64,000 nucleotides of DNA from Porphyridium purpureum (Eukaryota). The notes beneath the pieces are model-generated. The model was not told the origin of the DNA. It saw nothing but the letters and a program-made list of their open reading frames with translations, and searched no databases. Location: NCBI GenBank assembly GCA_008690995.1, contig VRMN01000001.1, positions 1,860,001 through 1,924,000 of the forward strand, in the 5' to 3' direction. The translations under genes were made by a program, and so were the position numbers. Positions 21,987-33,355 of the stretch are shown here, piece by piece. Every line of letters starts with the position of its first letter. The stretch's first letter is position 1.

Positions 21987-22244
21987 ATGGAGTGCAAGGG
22001 AATTCCGGACGCCAAGAAGGCACAACTTATCGAAGAAAGCCGGCCAGATCTCGAGTCTTATCGCTTCGAAAAGGCGCTCACAAACCCAGGTCAGGCTGCG
22101 CTCGCGGTGAGAAGTAGAAGCAACCAAGATCTCAAGTCCATGGATAACAGAATAGTACAACCGCTGACAGACTCGCCGTTGCTGAGAGGCTTGAGCCTCA
22201 AGGCATGCCCAAGCATGGGAAACATGCGTCAGCTAGACTCTTGA
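21987..22244 (+). CDS. Possible small hypothetical protein (85 aa)
   Basis: Strong GCCGCCATGG start context and protein-like composition; no recognisable family. Confidence 0.35.
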   Translation: MECKGIPDAKKAQLIEESRPDLESYRFEKALTNPGQAALAVRSRSNQDLKSMDNRIVQPLTDSPLLRGLSLKACPSMGNMRQLDS

Positions 22245-22618
22245 AAGATAGAGTTGTTTTCGGCTGTAATCGCGGCAATCATCTGCACAGCACGCTCGTG
22301 ACACTCCAAGCGCGAAACTGAATCCGATCCTCATGTGAAATTTTTTTCTGACCAGGCGTGCGCTCCGTAGTGAACCAGTCGTCAGAGTGCAAGTGGCAAT
22401 CCTGCGAGACGCGATCATTTAATGAAGTTCCAAGAAAAATAAAACACCCCATTTCCATGAAGCACGCTTCGCTCTGGCTCAAGGCTGCGACAGGAAGTTT
22501 GCGCGGAGCAAAGCCCGCCAGGAGTGCTACTGCTGCAGCATCGCGGCAGTCACCTCACAGACCAAAGCTACTTGACATAACACACATGCAAATGGCATCC
22601 GTCCAACGTGCGGCCGGA

Positions 22619-24172
22619 TCAGGCCCACTCATGCTCGCCCGTCTTGCGCGTGATAACGCTCGTGTTTCCTCCGCTGTACGTCGTGAAACTGCCCTTAGTG
22701 GAACCCTGTTTGCGTGATCCTTGTACATGACTTCCACGGCTCGACGACTGACCGCCGCTGCTACCGCCTCGGCCACTTCCACCTCGCTGTCCGCCACGGT
22801 ACCCACCGCGCCCGGCATCTAGCGGGCGGTAGTACCGTGCTGCTTCGCCAAACGTGTCTACGTCGATGCCCCGCTGCTCCCTCATGCTCGGGCGTCCCGC
22901 TGCCCCGCGGCGCGCTTCCTCTTTCTCTGGTGCCAGCTCATCAAAGAAGGACTTACCCTTGTCGTACTTTTTCTCAAACCTCATGTCGTTCAGGATTTTT
23001 TCTTCCTCCTCTATCTGCTGTTTGGTGAACTGTTCGTTCATCGCCTCGAAATCAAAATCTTCTTTCGGCATAGCGGGGGCCTTGAAGGAGCCTGGCCTTC
23101 CCGCGCCCGGACCGGATGCGCCGCGGCGATTCGCATGGGTCTGCCTCTCCGCCGCAGACACAGAACTTGTACTCTCAGCAGCCTTTAGAGGTGCAAGCTC
23201 AGACGACTGTGGATCGCTGCCATTCTGTGACACAAAGGTACCTTCATTCCGCGGCGCCGTAGCTGTTGTCTGCGGGCGCGCTGCCGGTACTGGGGCAGCA
23301 GCTTTTGGATCTCTGCCGGCGACGGTCCCTCCTGAAACAGCTCCTGCGGGTGCGGCAGATTCAAGACCCTTTCGCTGTCCTTGTAGTTCTGTTTGAGGAT
23401 CCGCCTGCGCTTTCGTATACGAAGTCACATACTGCGGTTGCTGAACCTGAGACTGCTGCGGCTGTGCCTGCTCCTGCAGTTGTTGAGGTGGAAGAGGAGG
23501 CGCCGACGGTTGCTGAGGCATAAGGGGAGGCGCCGACGGCGGTTGAGGCATAAGAGGAGGCGCCGAAGGTTGTTGCCCGGGGCCGCCGCCAGGTCCCCAC
23601 ATGTACGGATTCGGCGGAGGCGCATACTCCATGCCAGGACCGGGATACCCTCCTGGGCTGCGGACGGGCATTCCCGGAGCCATTTGCCTGTACCCGTACG
23701 GCGGAGGAGCCATCTGCGGCGGGAACGACATCATACCCGGCTGCATCGCGTACGGTGGGAGTCCGTCCCTACCAGGTTGGCTCGCGCCTGCGGGCCCCAT
23801 TTGCATGGGGTACCCCATGGGGTTCATCATGCCCTGCGGCGGCATGTGCTGCATGGTCATGGGCGGTGGCGGGGCGTACGGCTGCTGAGCCATCACGTGC
23901 AGATCCTTAATATCTGTTCCGCGGAACGAGATAAAGTCGTACACTTGCGGCGACGGCTCTGTCTGTGCCGCATCGCGTCTTCTGCCCTCTGTCCCGAAGC
24001 ACCGCACATTCTGCAGCAGAATCGTGCTCTCCTGCGTGTTGATCGAGTAGAGCGTGCCCTCATACCGAAACTCGGACTTGCTGATCAACGAGATGAGCGC
24101 GCCCAAATACGGCACGCCCCCTCCTCCTCCGGCCCCTCCACTCGCCATTCCCGCGTCCGCTTTCTCCCCCAT
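22619..24172 (-). CDS. LSM14: LSM14/Scd6/RAP55/DCP5 P-body protein
   Basis: YLGALISLISKSEFRYEGTL...NVRCFGTEGR...FRGTDIKDL Lsm domain; Pro/Gln-rich middle; EDFDFEAMN (FDF), SFFD (FFD), DVDTFG (TFG); RGG tail. Confidence 0.95.
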   Translation of the reverse strand: MGEKADAGMASGGAGGGGGVPYLGALISLISKSEFRYEGTLYSINTQESTILLQNVRCFGTEGRRRDAAQTEPSPQVYDFISFRGTDIKDLHVMAQQPYAPPPPMTMQHMPPQGMMNPMGYPMQMGPAGASQPGRDGLPPYAMQPGMMSFPPQMAPPPYGYRQMAPGMPVRSPGGYPGPGMEYAPPPNPYMWGPGGGPGQQPSAPPLMPQPPSAPPLMPQQPSAPPLPPQQLQEQAQPQQSQVQQPQYVTSYTKAQADPQTELQGQRKGLESAAPAGAVSGGTVAGRDPKAAAPVPAARPQTTATAPRNEGTFVSQNGSDPQSSELAPLKAAESTSSVSAAERQTHANRRGASGPGAGRPGSFKAPAMPKEDFDFEAMNEQFTKQQIEEEEKILNDMRFEKKYDKGKSFFDELAPEKEEARRGAAGRPSMREQRGIDVDTFGEAARYYRPLDAGRGGYRGGQRGGSGRGGSSGGQSSSRGSHVQGSRKQGSTKGSFTTYSGGNTSVITRKTGEHEWA

Positions 24173-24537
24173 CTCCTTCCCGCCCGTTCGCCCTATCCTC
24201 ACAACCTCCACGGCCTGCGCACACAGACACCTCGGCCTACACCTCTTCTCGAAAGGCGCGCCCGACCAACCAACCGTCCTCTCCCTTTCCTTCTCTTTCC
24301 CTTCTCCACTCCCTTGCCGCCACGCCACACCTGCGCGGCACCACGCCAACGCGCCTTGCGATCGGCGGCGCGGGCGTTTAAAAAACGCCGCAGAGAATAT
24401 TAAGCAATAAGTTAAATTAATAAATTCAATTAATACACTTAATTAACAGCGTGCGAGCTGATTTCAGTTCAGTCAACGCGCGGGGAGCGTTGATGTCGCG
24501 TGCACACGTTGCATGGCGTGAGAGCCGCTTACTCGAG

Positions 24538-24583
24538 CTCTGGCTCCGGCTCCGACTCTGGCTCCGACTCTGGCTCCGACTCC
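24538..24583. repeat. Imperfect 6/12-bp tandem repeat (CTCTGGCTCCGA)n
   Basis: Read directly; encodes (ESEP)n on the minus strand. Confidence 0.8.
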
Positions 24584-24979
24584 ATGCGTCGACAGCCAGA
24601 GCGCGCACCATCCGAAATTGTGCTGGCCATCGATCGAGCTTCGATCGAGCTTCGATCCTGTCCGCTCCGCTCCGAGCCACGTGCAGAGTCCCCGGCGCCG
24701 AGAACGTGCACGATGGGCTGTGAAAGCACGCCGTGTGCTGTGCGGCATATTATTCGGGCCAGGTAGATGCAATGGACGCCCGCCAACGCATGTAGCGGTG
24801 TCTGGCATGCTTGCAGGAAAGACTCTCACTGAAAAATTAGAGACAGAAGACACAAACTCTTCTGAAGCGCAGCCGGCGTAAAGCGGTCGGCTGGATCAGT
24901 GGTCTTGAAGATTGTTCGAGGGCGGCAGTCAAAACGATAATCTTCATTCGTAACACAACTTTGCAGTAAGATTCCCGTT

Positions 24980-27200
24980 GATCATGGCGCGGTGGATCTG
25001 TGTGCAGTGGACACGTAACTGCTTTGGACATGATGAAGACGCAGAATAGGATGCATTGGTCCTACGTCTTGGTGAGGATCTTTTTGTGGAAGGCAAAGAT
25101 GGAAAAGGTCGAGGTTCAAGGCTGCTCATATTCCCACCAGAATATGCGAACCACGTTCACGCGCTCCTGGACAGCCAGCTAGACGCGATGCATGCATTCC
25201 GTGCAAACGAGTCGTGGGAGGACCTCTTCTGACGTGTGACAGATTCCGCGGCTTGGCTAGGCACTTGCATGCGCAGGATCCATAGAATGCCCTTTGTGCG
25301 CCGAGTATGGAGCGATTGACTACCTTAATTGCTGCTTGCGAGTTTGATTCGCGTTTTTACCTCCGGGACGCCTGGGCAATCGAAGATGATCGCTCGCGGT
25401 TCTTGAACCAGGCAGCGCTGGTCTCCAAAAAGCCCGTTGCACGGTTTGGGGCTATTGTCATGCGCAATGGGCGCTCCCTTGGAGGCATACCTGGCCAATC
25501 TCAGTGATGCATCTGAGACTGCGCGGGCTGCGCGTATTTTTCGCGTATTTGAACACAAGTCGATGAAAGCCGCCCAGAGTCGCACGGGTGCGCAGGGTCA
25601 TGAGCAGCTATTGCGCAACGCAGCGTTTTCTTTCCGCAACGCGTTGGTTGGCATGCGTGCAGAATAGGCAGGATTGGTTCCCGAAGAGAGCTCAAACCTG
25701 AATCAGCGCCAATAGGCTTTGAAAACTGCGCATTGGATTGAGAAGAAGGAAAGAGCACGCTTGTAAAACTCTGAATCAGTGTCTTACGTGTGGATACAGC
25801 GCGCTTACTCGGCGGTGGATTTGACGCGGCGTTTCGTGTTCTGGAAGTTTATTTTATGAGCAGCGGCCTGCAGGGCCCAAGCGAGCGCACATGGCATACT
25901 CCAGTGCCGCGCGAGTGAGACGAAATCGAGCTTTTGAATGTACCGGCAAGAGAGCTTGTGGAAGAGCAGTAAGAGCCAATGCGGCTTTCTCCCTCAGCGG
26001 GCCCAAGTGCGATGATAGAAGAAAGCATGAGGATGCGCTTCACAACGCGCTGTATTAAACTCTCTCTGCGGTATATTTTCAAATTTTCTCGCTCCAGTCG
26101 AGGATGGTGACGTGGAAAACGTGCGCGAGACACTGTCGAACCGACGTGAACACTCTGCCACCAGCGGGTTCCTCACCGAGACACCCTTGCGCATGTGCCA
26201 CAAACCCCGTGCACCTTATGGTACGAATTGCACTCAGCGCGAAGGTGCGATGATCAAGCACGAAGCGAAACAATTCATCCTATAAGATGTCAGTGTCGTC
26301 ATACGGCTAGTCGACTTGATCATGGATCCCAATCTGCTCCAAGGCACGCATTCCATGGCGTTTTGGGATCCCGGAGCATCTCCAAAAGAGACTCCGCAGC
26401 AGGACTTCGACCGACGTCCCGTTTGTCCCAATGCTCTTGCGGACACGGGATGAAACGCTGCACTCATGTCATAAGAAGCAGGTATTCAAATGGACGCGTC
26501 CACGTAAGCATTCGACCTCAGATTGTATTTGTACTGCGAAATTGTCACGTATGTGGAATGTCAGAGTTCAGACATCGTTCGAGAGAAATCCTGACTGCAA
26601 CCCATTATGACGTCCGTCACGGCGAGCGCACATGAGTTGAACAGTTCATAAAGGTGGTGGAGCGTTTTTCGGAAAAGATTCTGGACCTGTCATGGGGACC
26701 GCATTGGATCAAAAAGTTCGCCTCCATGCGTAACATAATCTTTGAGATCCAACGTTGCGAGCCGGGAAAGGCTTCATGTTTGGAAGGATGTGCGTCGGGA
26801 CCTGCCCGCTCATCCTGGCAGAATCTGCAGTCAGCTTTTTTGGCTTTTTTTTGAAGTCATGCTTGCCAAAATCCGAAATGCCCCTTGATGAGAGTACTGA
26901 TAATTCTTGCTTGCCAAGTGTTATCACGTCTCGTTTTCAGAACATACATCGTATTCAACGCTGATTTTCGCGTTAAAAGCGAATTCTGAACATGTCGGTG
27001 TCTGTACAGGCGACAAAAACGGCGAAAATACCTGCGCGTATTCAAGCACCGCCACGTAGGATTACAGGTGGATGACAGATCAATCAATCACCTCCGACCA
27101 AAGGTTCGCGGAAAATCTTTGTAGAATTCTCGTTCCGATAATCCGACCTGATGATGCCTCATCCAGCGCCTTGTGAGGCTGAACAAGACCAGTGAATCAT
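24980..27200. pseudogene. Probable decayed coding sequence(s), unidentified
   Basis: About 2.2 kb with no long ORF; protein-like frames broken by scattered stops and shifts on + (about 24980-25667) and - (about 25849-27200). Confidence 0.3.
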
Positions 27201-27255
27201 GCCAACGTTCCAAGTTCGGTCCCCCCATGTCTTAATCATTTGGCATGTGCCCGCT

Positions 27256-28722
27256 TCAGATGGCATTTGACGCACCAGGCGCGAACTCGCCACCAGTCAC
27301 TCGAAACTTGATTTTCTTGTGCACTGCCAGTGCTTTCAGGACTGTGAGCACTTCCAAATTGTATGAGGCGTCGTGTGCACGAAGCAGACCGTACTCCCGC
27401 TTCAGCTTGAAGATGGACTCCTGCAAATCTTTTCCAAACTGAGGATGATTGTTCGCGTTCGTATACAAGCCCAACTCACTCATCGCCTTCTTCAGTTCAA
27501 TCACATTATTGCCAAAGTCGCCCACGCGAAGTTCAGTACCCGGCAAGGAAAGCACAACAAGCGCGTGTGTATCGCTTGCGGTTGAAAGTGAATCACCAGA
27601 GTTCTCCTCGATCAATGATGTCTGCAAGACACTCGCTGGAGCCGTGATTCCCGGATTCGAACCAGCCCTCATATTATTGTTGGAAATATTGGGATGCGAG
27701 ACTCGTGGTCCCTGCTGTAGATCATGCAAATCCATGAGCAATTTCGCCACGAGGTTGGCGATTCGAGCATGCTTACCACCCAAGGGGGCCGGAGCCGAAG
27801 AGGCCGCTGCGGCATCTTCGGGACGAGCCTGGTTGTTCACAAGCCTCTGAATGATCGCTTGCGTCTGCATCAGAGCATTACCGCTGCGCGGTCCCTCCAA
27901 GCCAGCGACCGTCTTTCCCAATTCGTTCGCAACGGCAGTTGTGGCGCTCGCCAAAGCCGAAATGCCCACAGTCGTTGTCGGTGCTGAACCCACTGAGACA
28001 GCTTCCACTTTCGGCGTCTGCGACTCAGATGCGTGGTTAAACAAGGCAGACGATGTCGGGAACTGGGAGTTCGACGATTTCGAACGGTCTTGACGGTATC
28101 CGTTCATCCTCCTCGCCCTCTTTGCCTCCCTATCCTTCTCCTGTCGCACTAGAATTTGTCGCTTGAAGTTGCGGTGAAACTCGTCAAGCATTGAGTCATC
28201 TTGCTGGAAGAGCCATTCCCACTTACTCTTTCGTCCAACGGCCTTCTTTTTCCCGGTATCGCCGTCTTCGTCTGCGTTCGTCGAGAGCGACTTGCTCAAC
28301 GTCGTACTCGACGGGCGCCCTCCGTCACCGCGCTTTTGGATCCCACCAACGGCGCTGAGCATAGAGGGACGTTCCCGGCCGGTGGACGCTGGATTACGCG
28401 CTGACGGCCGGCTCGTCTTTGTGACCGGTTTCGCCCCGTGCGCGTTCGGCGGCGCTCCAAGTCCGGGCGGCCTCTGAGCAAGAACAAACAAAGGTGCGCG
28501 AGTGCCGTCGCCGGCGTCTTGCGCGTTTGAACCGGCGGATTCAACGCGCCCGTTGTCCTCCAGCCTCGCTAGACGCTCCGTCGCAGCCACTTCCATAATC
28601 CGGTCTCTAGAAAGGGCAACTGCGCCGTCTAGAGTAGCGACTCGACCAGCTATGTCTTTTCCTTTTAATGCAGTTTCGCAAGGGTCTCGGGCGTAGATTT
28701 TTTCAGGGCACCAAAGACTCAT
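27256..28722 (-). CDS. Hypothetical protein with basic helical region and C-terminal peptidoglycan-binding-like (PG_binding_1-type) domain
   Basis: LRVGDFGNNVIELKKAMSELGLY...FGKDLQESIFKLKREYGL matches the PGBD pattern; basic RQILVRQEKDREAKRARR; start could be 28596. Confidence 0.7.
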   Translation of the reverse strand: MSLWCPEKIYARDPCETALKGKDIAGRVATLDGAVALSRDRIMEVAATERLARLEDNGRVESAGSNAQDAGDGTRAPLFVLAQRPPGLGAPPNAHGAKPVTKTSRPSARNPASTGRERPSMLSAVGGIQKRGDGGRPSSTTLSKSLSTNADEDGDTGKKKAVGRKSKWEWLFQQDDSMLDEFHRNFKRQILVRQEKDREAKRARRMNGYRQDRSKSSNSQFPTSSALFNHASESQTPKVEAVSVGSAPTTTVGISALASATTAVANELGKTVAGLEGPRSGNALMQTQAIIQRLVNNQARPEDAAAASSAPAPLGGKHARIANLVAKLLMDLHDLQQGPRVSHPNISNNNMRAGSNPGITAPASVLQTSLIEENSGDSLSTASDTHALVVLSLPGTELRVGDFGNNVIELKKAMSELGLYTNANNHPQFGKDLQESIFKLKREYGLLRAHDASYNLEVLTVLKALAVHKKIKFRVTGGEFAPGASNAI

Positions 28723-29183
28723 CGACAAAGAGTTTCTTCAACACCGCGGCCGCACCTCCACATCTTCGAAACCGCCACAGCCCCCCGTTTCATGCGTCGC
28801 GTCAAGTTTTATACCAGGGAGTCTTTCGTCTGGAATCTCTTCTCCGAAGAGACTGGTTTCAACATAGTTGAACTTTCCTGGCGATACGAAGAAACACACT
28901 CGTTTACTCATTATCCCTTAGACCCAGCCGGCTAGCCCAGCGTCTTGGGATTACAAAGCAATTTGTGATTAACATGCACCTACGCAAGCGAAGAAATGAG
29001 TCACCGAATTGCAAACAATCAGAGAACATTAGCACTTTCTTCGAGAAATTGCTGTCTTTGCTATTCTTACATCCGAAGAGAAATTGGCAATAAGTGTCCT
29101 TTGACGTTGGCGACTGGACGAGCCATTCGATTGGATTGTTTCATCTTGCATGGAAGGACTGTGGCATCTTTCGGACAGAAGAG

Positions 29184-29969
29184 ATGGCAGCCTCCGGTGC
29201 TTCGAAGCATGATGACTCATCTGATAGTGATGGGTCGGAGAATGTGTTTCTCGCAGAAGACGAGCCCAAGCCGACCGTTGAAGGACAGCAGCGCGCCGTC
29301 GTGTCGGACACTGAGGATGACGACAACTCTGACGATTTTGGCGACTGTCGGCCGCCTGCGAGACGGAGGAAACGAAGGCGAAATTACACCCACGGAGGCA
29401 CAGCAGCGCCCACACAGGCAGCGTGCGCAGCGGCCAGCAATGAATCCGGTGACGCGCGGATCGTGAATGTAGACGCCCGGATCATAGATGTGGACGCCGA
29501 CGAGCTTGACGTCACCGGAAATGACGCGCTGGAGCCCCCGCCGAACGCTTTGTGTGCGTCCTCCATGTTGCAGCTGGCGGAAATGCGCCGCGTGCGGAGG
29601 CAGGTTGAGGAAGAACGGCGCGCGCGGGAAGAGAGGAGGCGGAATGAGGCCGTGGCGGAGGCACATGACGAGAGTGCTCCTGGTTCTGACGAGGACGAGG
29701 ACGAGGACGGACACGCGGCAGGCTCGCAAGCAGAGGCGCACATTCGAATCAAGGCACGCTTCGACGATGGCTCGGACATGGTGTTCCGCATGAGTTGCTC
29801 GGACGCGTTCGCGAAAATGGAGCAGGCCATCGCGGCGAGGAAAGGTGTGGACTTGGCCAAGGTGCGCCTGGAGTTTGACGGCATGGTCATTGGATCGGAC
29901 CAGACGCCTACATCGCTGGATCTAGAAGACGATGACCTCATCGACATCATCCTTCTTTCAGACAAATGA
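29184..29969 (+). CDS. Rad60/Esc2/NIP45-like SUMO-like domain protein
   Basis: Acidic N-terminus with NLS (RRRKRRR), SIM-like IIDVD, and C-terminal IRIKARF...FRMS...VRLEFDG...QTPTSLDLEDDDLIDI without terminal GG. Confidence 0.8.
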   Translation: MAASGASKHDDSSDSDGSENVFLAEDEPKPTVEGQQRAVVSDTEDDDNSDDFGDCRPPARRRKRRRNYTHGGTAAPTQAACAAASNESGDARIVNVDARIIDVDADELDVTGNDALEPPPNALCASSMLQLAEMRRVRRQVEEERRAREERRRNEAVAEAHDESAPGSDEDEDEDGHAAGSQAEAHIRIKARFDDGSDMVFRMSCSDAFAKMEQAIAARKGVDLAKVRLEFDGMVIGSDQTPTSLDLEDDDLIDIILLSDK

Positions 29970-30610
29970 GGTTTCGCTATCCACAGAGGAACGCCCAGGC
30001 AGGCACGCAGCCGCTTGCACACTGCAAACCTCGCGCCATTGGCGTTGGAGAAATCCGAGCGGGACACCGCTGGCACCTTTGCCCCACACGCAACCCTCGA
30101 GCCAGCAATCCCGAATAATCCAAGTCAAGGTGCCAAAGAAGAAGAAACCTGTGCTGACAATTGAGCCGCTGATTCCACATCATCGACCCAAATCGCAGCC
30201 ACTTCCAGCAAGGATGGGCTAGCCACCACATGCGAAAAGCCCGAAGCGGCTCGCTACGCGCCTCCACACGTTCCCACCACCCTTTCAACCTCTCATGTTT
30301 CAAACAGCTCAAATACTTCAAGGCACAATCAGAAACGATCGCGGTGTGTGGTGGTTACACACTTCCCGCCGGGTGATCAACGAGGCATGGTTTCTCCGAG
30401 ATCGCCGCTGAACGGCTGGCCAGAGGAGGTACAGCGAAGTGCTGGTGCGGGAGGAGTTTTGCCGCGAGACACGCGCCGCGCCAGTGTTTTATTTTTGGAT
30501 TTGGGTCCCAAGTGGACAGGCGGCATTTCTACGAAAAGCGCACCCGGCTTGTCCTACTGCGATCCCACCATCACTCCTGCGAAAGGATCAGCAGCCGTGT
30601 CGTGTCGACC

Positions 30611-31189
30611 ATGGCAGCGACGCGCCCACATATAAAACACCACCCGAATGTTCTACTTGTTGATATGGATAGGCGCGTCCGAGACAGCCGCTTGGTGAAA
30701 CACCGAGTGCACGGAAAGTGCGGCGGCTTGGTCTGTCGGAGGCGGAAGGACGGACGGCACACAGAGATCGTCATGCAGAGCTCGATTTCAAAGTCCAAGG
30801 CGGCACATCTGCGCGCCGCGGCCGGACACACGGACGAGATGGCTGAGCTGTCGCTGGCCTCGCTGGAGATAGGCACTATTGCGCACTCGGTGCGGACAGA
30901 GTGTGCGAGGCTACAAGAACACTCGGCGTCTTCGGACGTGGACATGTTTGCGCTCGAGCACTCGACGTCGGGACAAAGAGAGCGGCAAAGCCGCTCCAGG
31001 CATCGGACGAAACGGGCCACCGTGCGCCGCGCCATGTATGCTCAATCACGGCATGTCGCTGCCGATGAGCTTGTGCACAAATGGCTCGAGATAAGAGTAC
31101 GCGTGTCGGATGATCGAACATCGCGGGTGCTTGACACGTCAATAGCACCGTACACAAGGGCTGCAATCACCGACCAAGGTGCGGCGTGA
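30611..31189 (+). CDS. Hypothetical protein
   Basis: About 192-aa ORF, ACCATGG context, upstream GTACAG motif at 30429. Confidence 0.5.
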   Translation: MAATRPHIKHHPNVLLVDMDRRVRDSRLVKHRVHGKCGGLVCRRRKDGRHTEIVMQSSISKSKAAHLRAAAGHTDEMAELSLASLEIGTIAHSVRTECARLQEHSASSDVDMFALEHSTSGQRERQSRSRHRTKRATVRRAMYAQSRHVAADELVHKWLEIRVRVSDDRTSRVLDTSIAPYTRAAITDQGAA

Positions 31190-31865
31190 CTGCCCCACAT
31201 CGGTTGTAACCGCGGGATAAGTGAGTCCACAAGTTGTTCCTGTTGCACAAACGAACAGCACTGCTATCGTCAGTGTTGCACATATCATAAAATTCATGTC
31301 ATATTCTTTCTGTCTAGAATAGCTTGGAGACAGCTTCCGTGCAGTTTATGTGCTCGTGTGAACTTATCCTGGCTTCTGAGCGCAGCCGATTGGCTGCAAA
31401 AGTGCTTGGTACATGATTGCGTGCCGTTGGACACAGCGTCACTGCGAAGCACAGGCCCGTTCGCACATGTCGAGATGCTTGTCAATCACCCACAGCGTAC
31501 ACAAATGCATCTCGTCCCGATTTGGTCCTTCGTATTCCTGGGAAAGCGGCAGACTGTCAAGCTTTGACTTAGATGTAGATCCCGACGCTCGGACAGGCCT
31601 CGGAGAACAACGTTTTTTGGAGTTTATTGGTCAGCCTACGAAAGCCCACCAAAACAATCATCGTGCCCGCGCGAGTCGCGCAAATCTCGAAAAGTCAACT
31701 GGTCTTGCGAAAACGTGCCGTCTGCCTCGTTAAGAACTTGATAGAGGCCTGCATTTATTACTCCCAATTTCTACCACGAACCCAACGCGACTGCTCTGAC
31801 TTGTTTGGAGACCACTGTTCCACCCGCTTCCCATAACATAGTTTTCGCTATTTGCTGCTTCAAAA

Positions 31866-32624
31866 TCATAGGGAGTTGGTCCTGAGCTTCTCAATCCTCT
31901 CCGCCAAGCTCGACTGTCCGTCTAACAGTGATTTAAAGGTCGGCTTTTCCGCCACCGTGCGCGCGGTAAAGAAGCCAGTCAAGTCACCCAAAACCAGTTC
32001 CGGAAGGATGATCGGGCAGTCATCACCGCAGCAGCAAATCGGAATGAAGTTTTCCGGAGACGCGCCTGCAGTTGTCGGGTTCACATCACAGGAGTATTCA
32101 GCCGGGGTCTCGATAAACGTACACGCGCCCGTCGTAAGACCTGCGGCGATAAACGGAGCGAAGCCTCCCCCAACAGAGGCGCACGTGAGCGGTGAGAACT
32201 GCGTGTCCGCGACTGTATTCACTGCCAGCACCGAAGACAGCTGCAGCGTGCCTTCGAGGTTGCACGTCTTTCCGAGTGCTCCACAGACGGCCGTACAGGA
32301 AAGATCGTCTGGCAGGGACTCCACAAAGAAGCTCATGACCCAGTCATTCACGTACATCACCTTGGAGCAAGGTTCCAAGAGACACGACGAGTCCAAGCAC
32401 GACCCTTCCATCACCGAACAGCTTCCGGACGGAGCCATGGCCGGGATTGCCGGAGGTTCCTCGAAAAAGACCTTGGTCACCGGGCAATCAAACGTAACGC
32501 AGATTTCGCCCGATGCAAAGGAGCACGATCCTTGCGCGTCGTAGCAGAGAAAGTTCTGCGCGTGCACGACCGCGACAAGGAGACCCACAATCACCGCGTA
32601 CGCGGGGAGCATCGTTCTGGCCAT
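31866..32624 (-). CDS. Secreted Cys-rich protein, tandem paralog A
   Basis: Signal peptide ending VHA|QNFLCYD; 18 Cys in the mature region; highly similar to the neighbouring gene. Confidence 0.88.
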   Translation of the reverse strand: MARTMLPAYAVIVGLLVAVVHAQNFLCYDAQGSCSFASGEICVTFDCPVTKVFFEEPPAIPAMAPSGSCSVMEGSCLDSSCLLEPCSKVMYVNDWVMSFFVESLPDDLSCTAVCGALGKTCNLEGTLQLSSVLAVNTVADTQFSPLTCASVGGGFAPFIAAGLTTGACTFIETPAEYSCDVNPTTAGASPENFIPICCCGDDCPIILPELVLGDLTGFFTARTVAEKPTFKSLLDGQSSLAERIEKLRTNSL

Positions 32625-33355
32625 TTTCAAAACCCAACACACGCGCACCACCACCCCTTTCTCTCCCCCTCCTCCCTCCGTCGCTCAACCTCTCTCCGCA
32701 TGATGACCTCCTTGTCTATCTACCTACTTTACTCACTCTTACTTGTCAATCTTCAATTGCGCAGCGCAGCATATTAGATTCGTGCCGTTTACTCCTATTC
32801 CACGCGAGTGGCGTGGGCGTATTGTCGCGTGTATTGCAAAACGACGCGTTTTGTCAAGGTGCTTCGATTGTGGCGCGCGTTGTGCGTGTCCGGCGCGCTG
32901 CTGCGTCGGCAGGAAGGTGTACGATGGGGCTGACACCGCAGCGTGACGCGTCGTGGAACCCACAAGAGGAGGGGCGTGGCGCTTGTAGACTTTGGCGCAA
33001 ATGCGGGCAATCCTTCGGAGCGTGGCCTGTGTGGTCTGCGGATCGTATATGAACCGAGTCTAGCTCTGTGAGCTGGTAACGATTAGGAAACCCGACGCAC
33101 GGTACGAGCGGGAGCACGGACCACGGATCCAACTTTATACGTGCGGTACTTACATACTACGGAGACCTCTTGCGCTGCAGTTGTGCCTTACCCCATGTCT
33201 GGCATTTAAAAGGTTTTCTCGATCCGAATACATTGCCTTCTACAGCGCTGCGCGGAATCGAAAGTTCTCAAAAGTCCATTCCATAATTCCACTAGCCTTC
33301 CCGGCTCCGTTCTGCAGCGCTTCCCGGAATCCCATGTGCCCCCCGTTTTCTGCGA

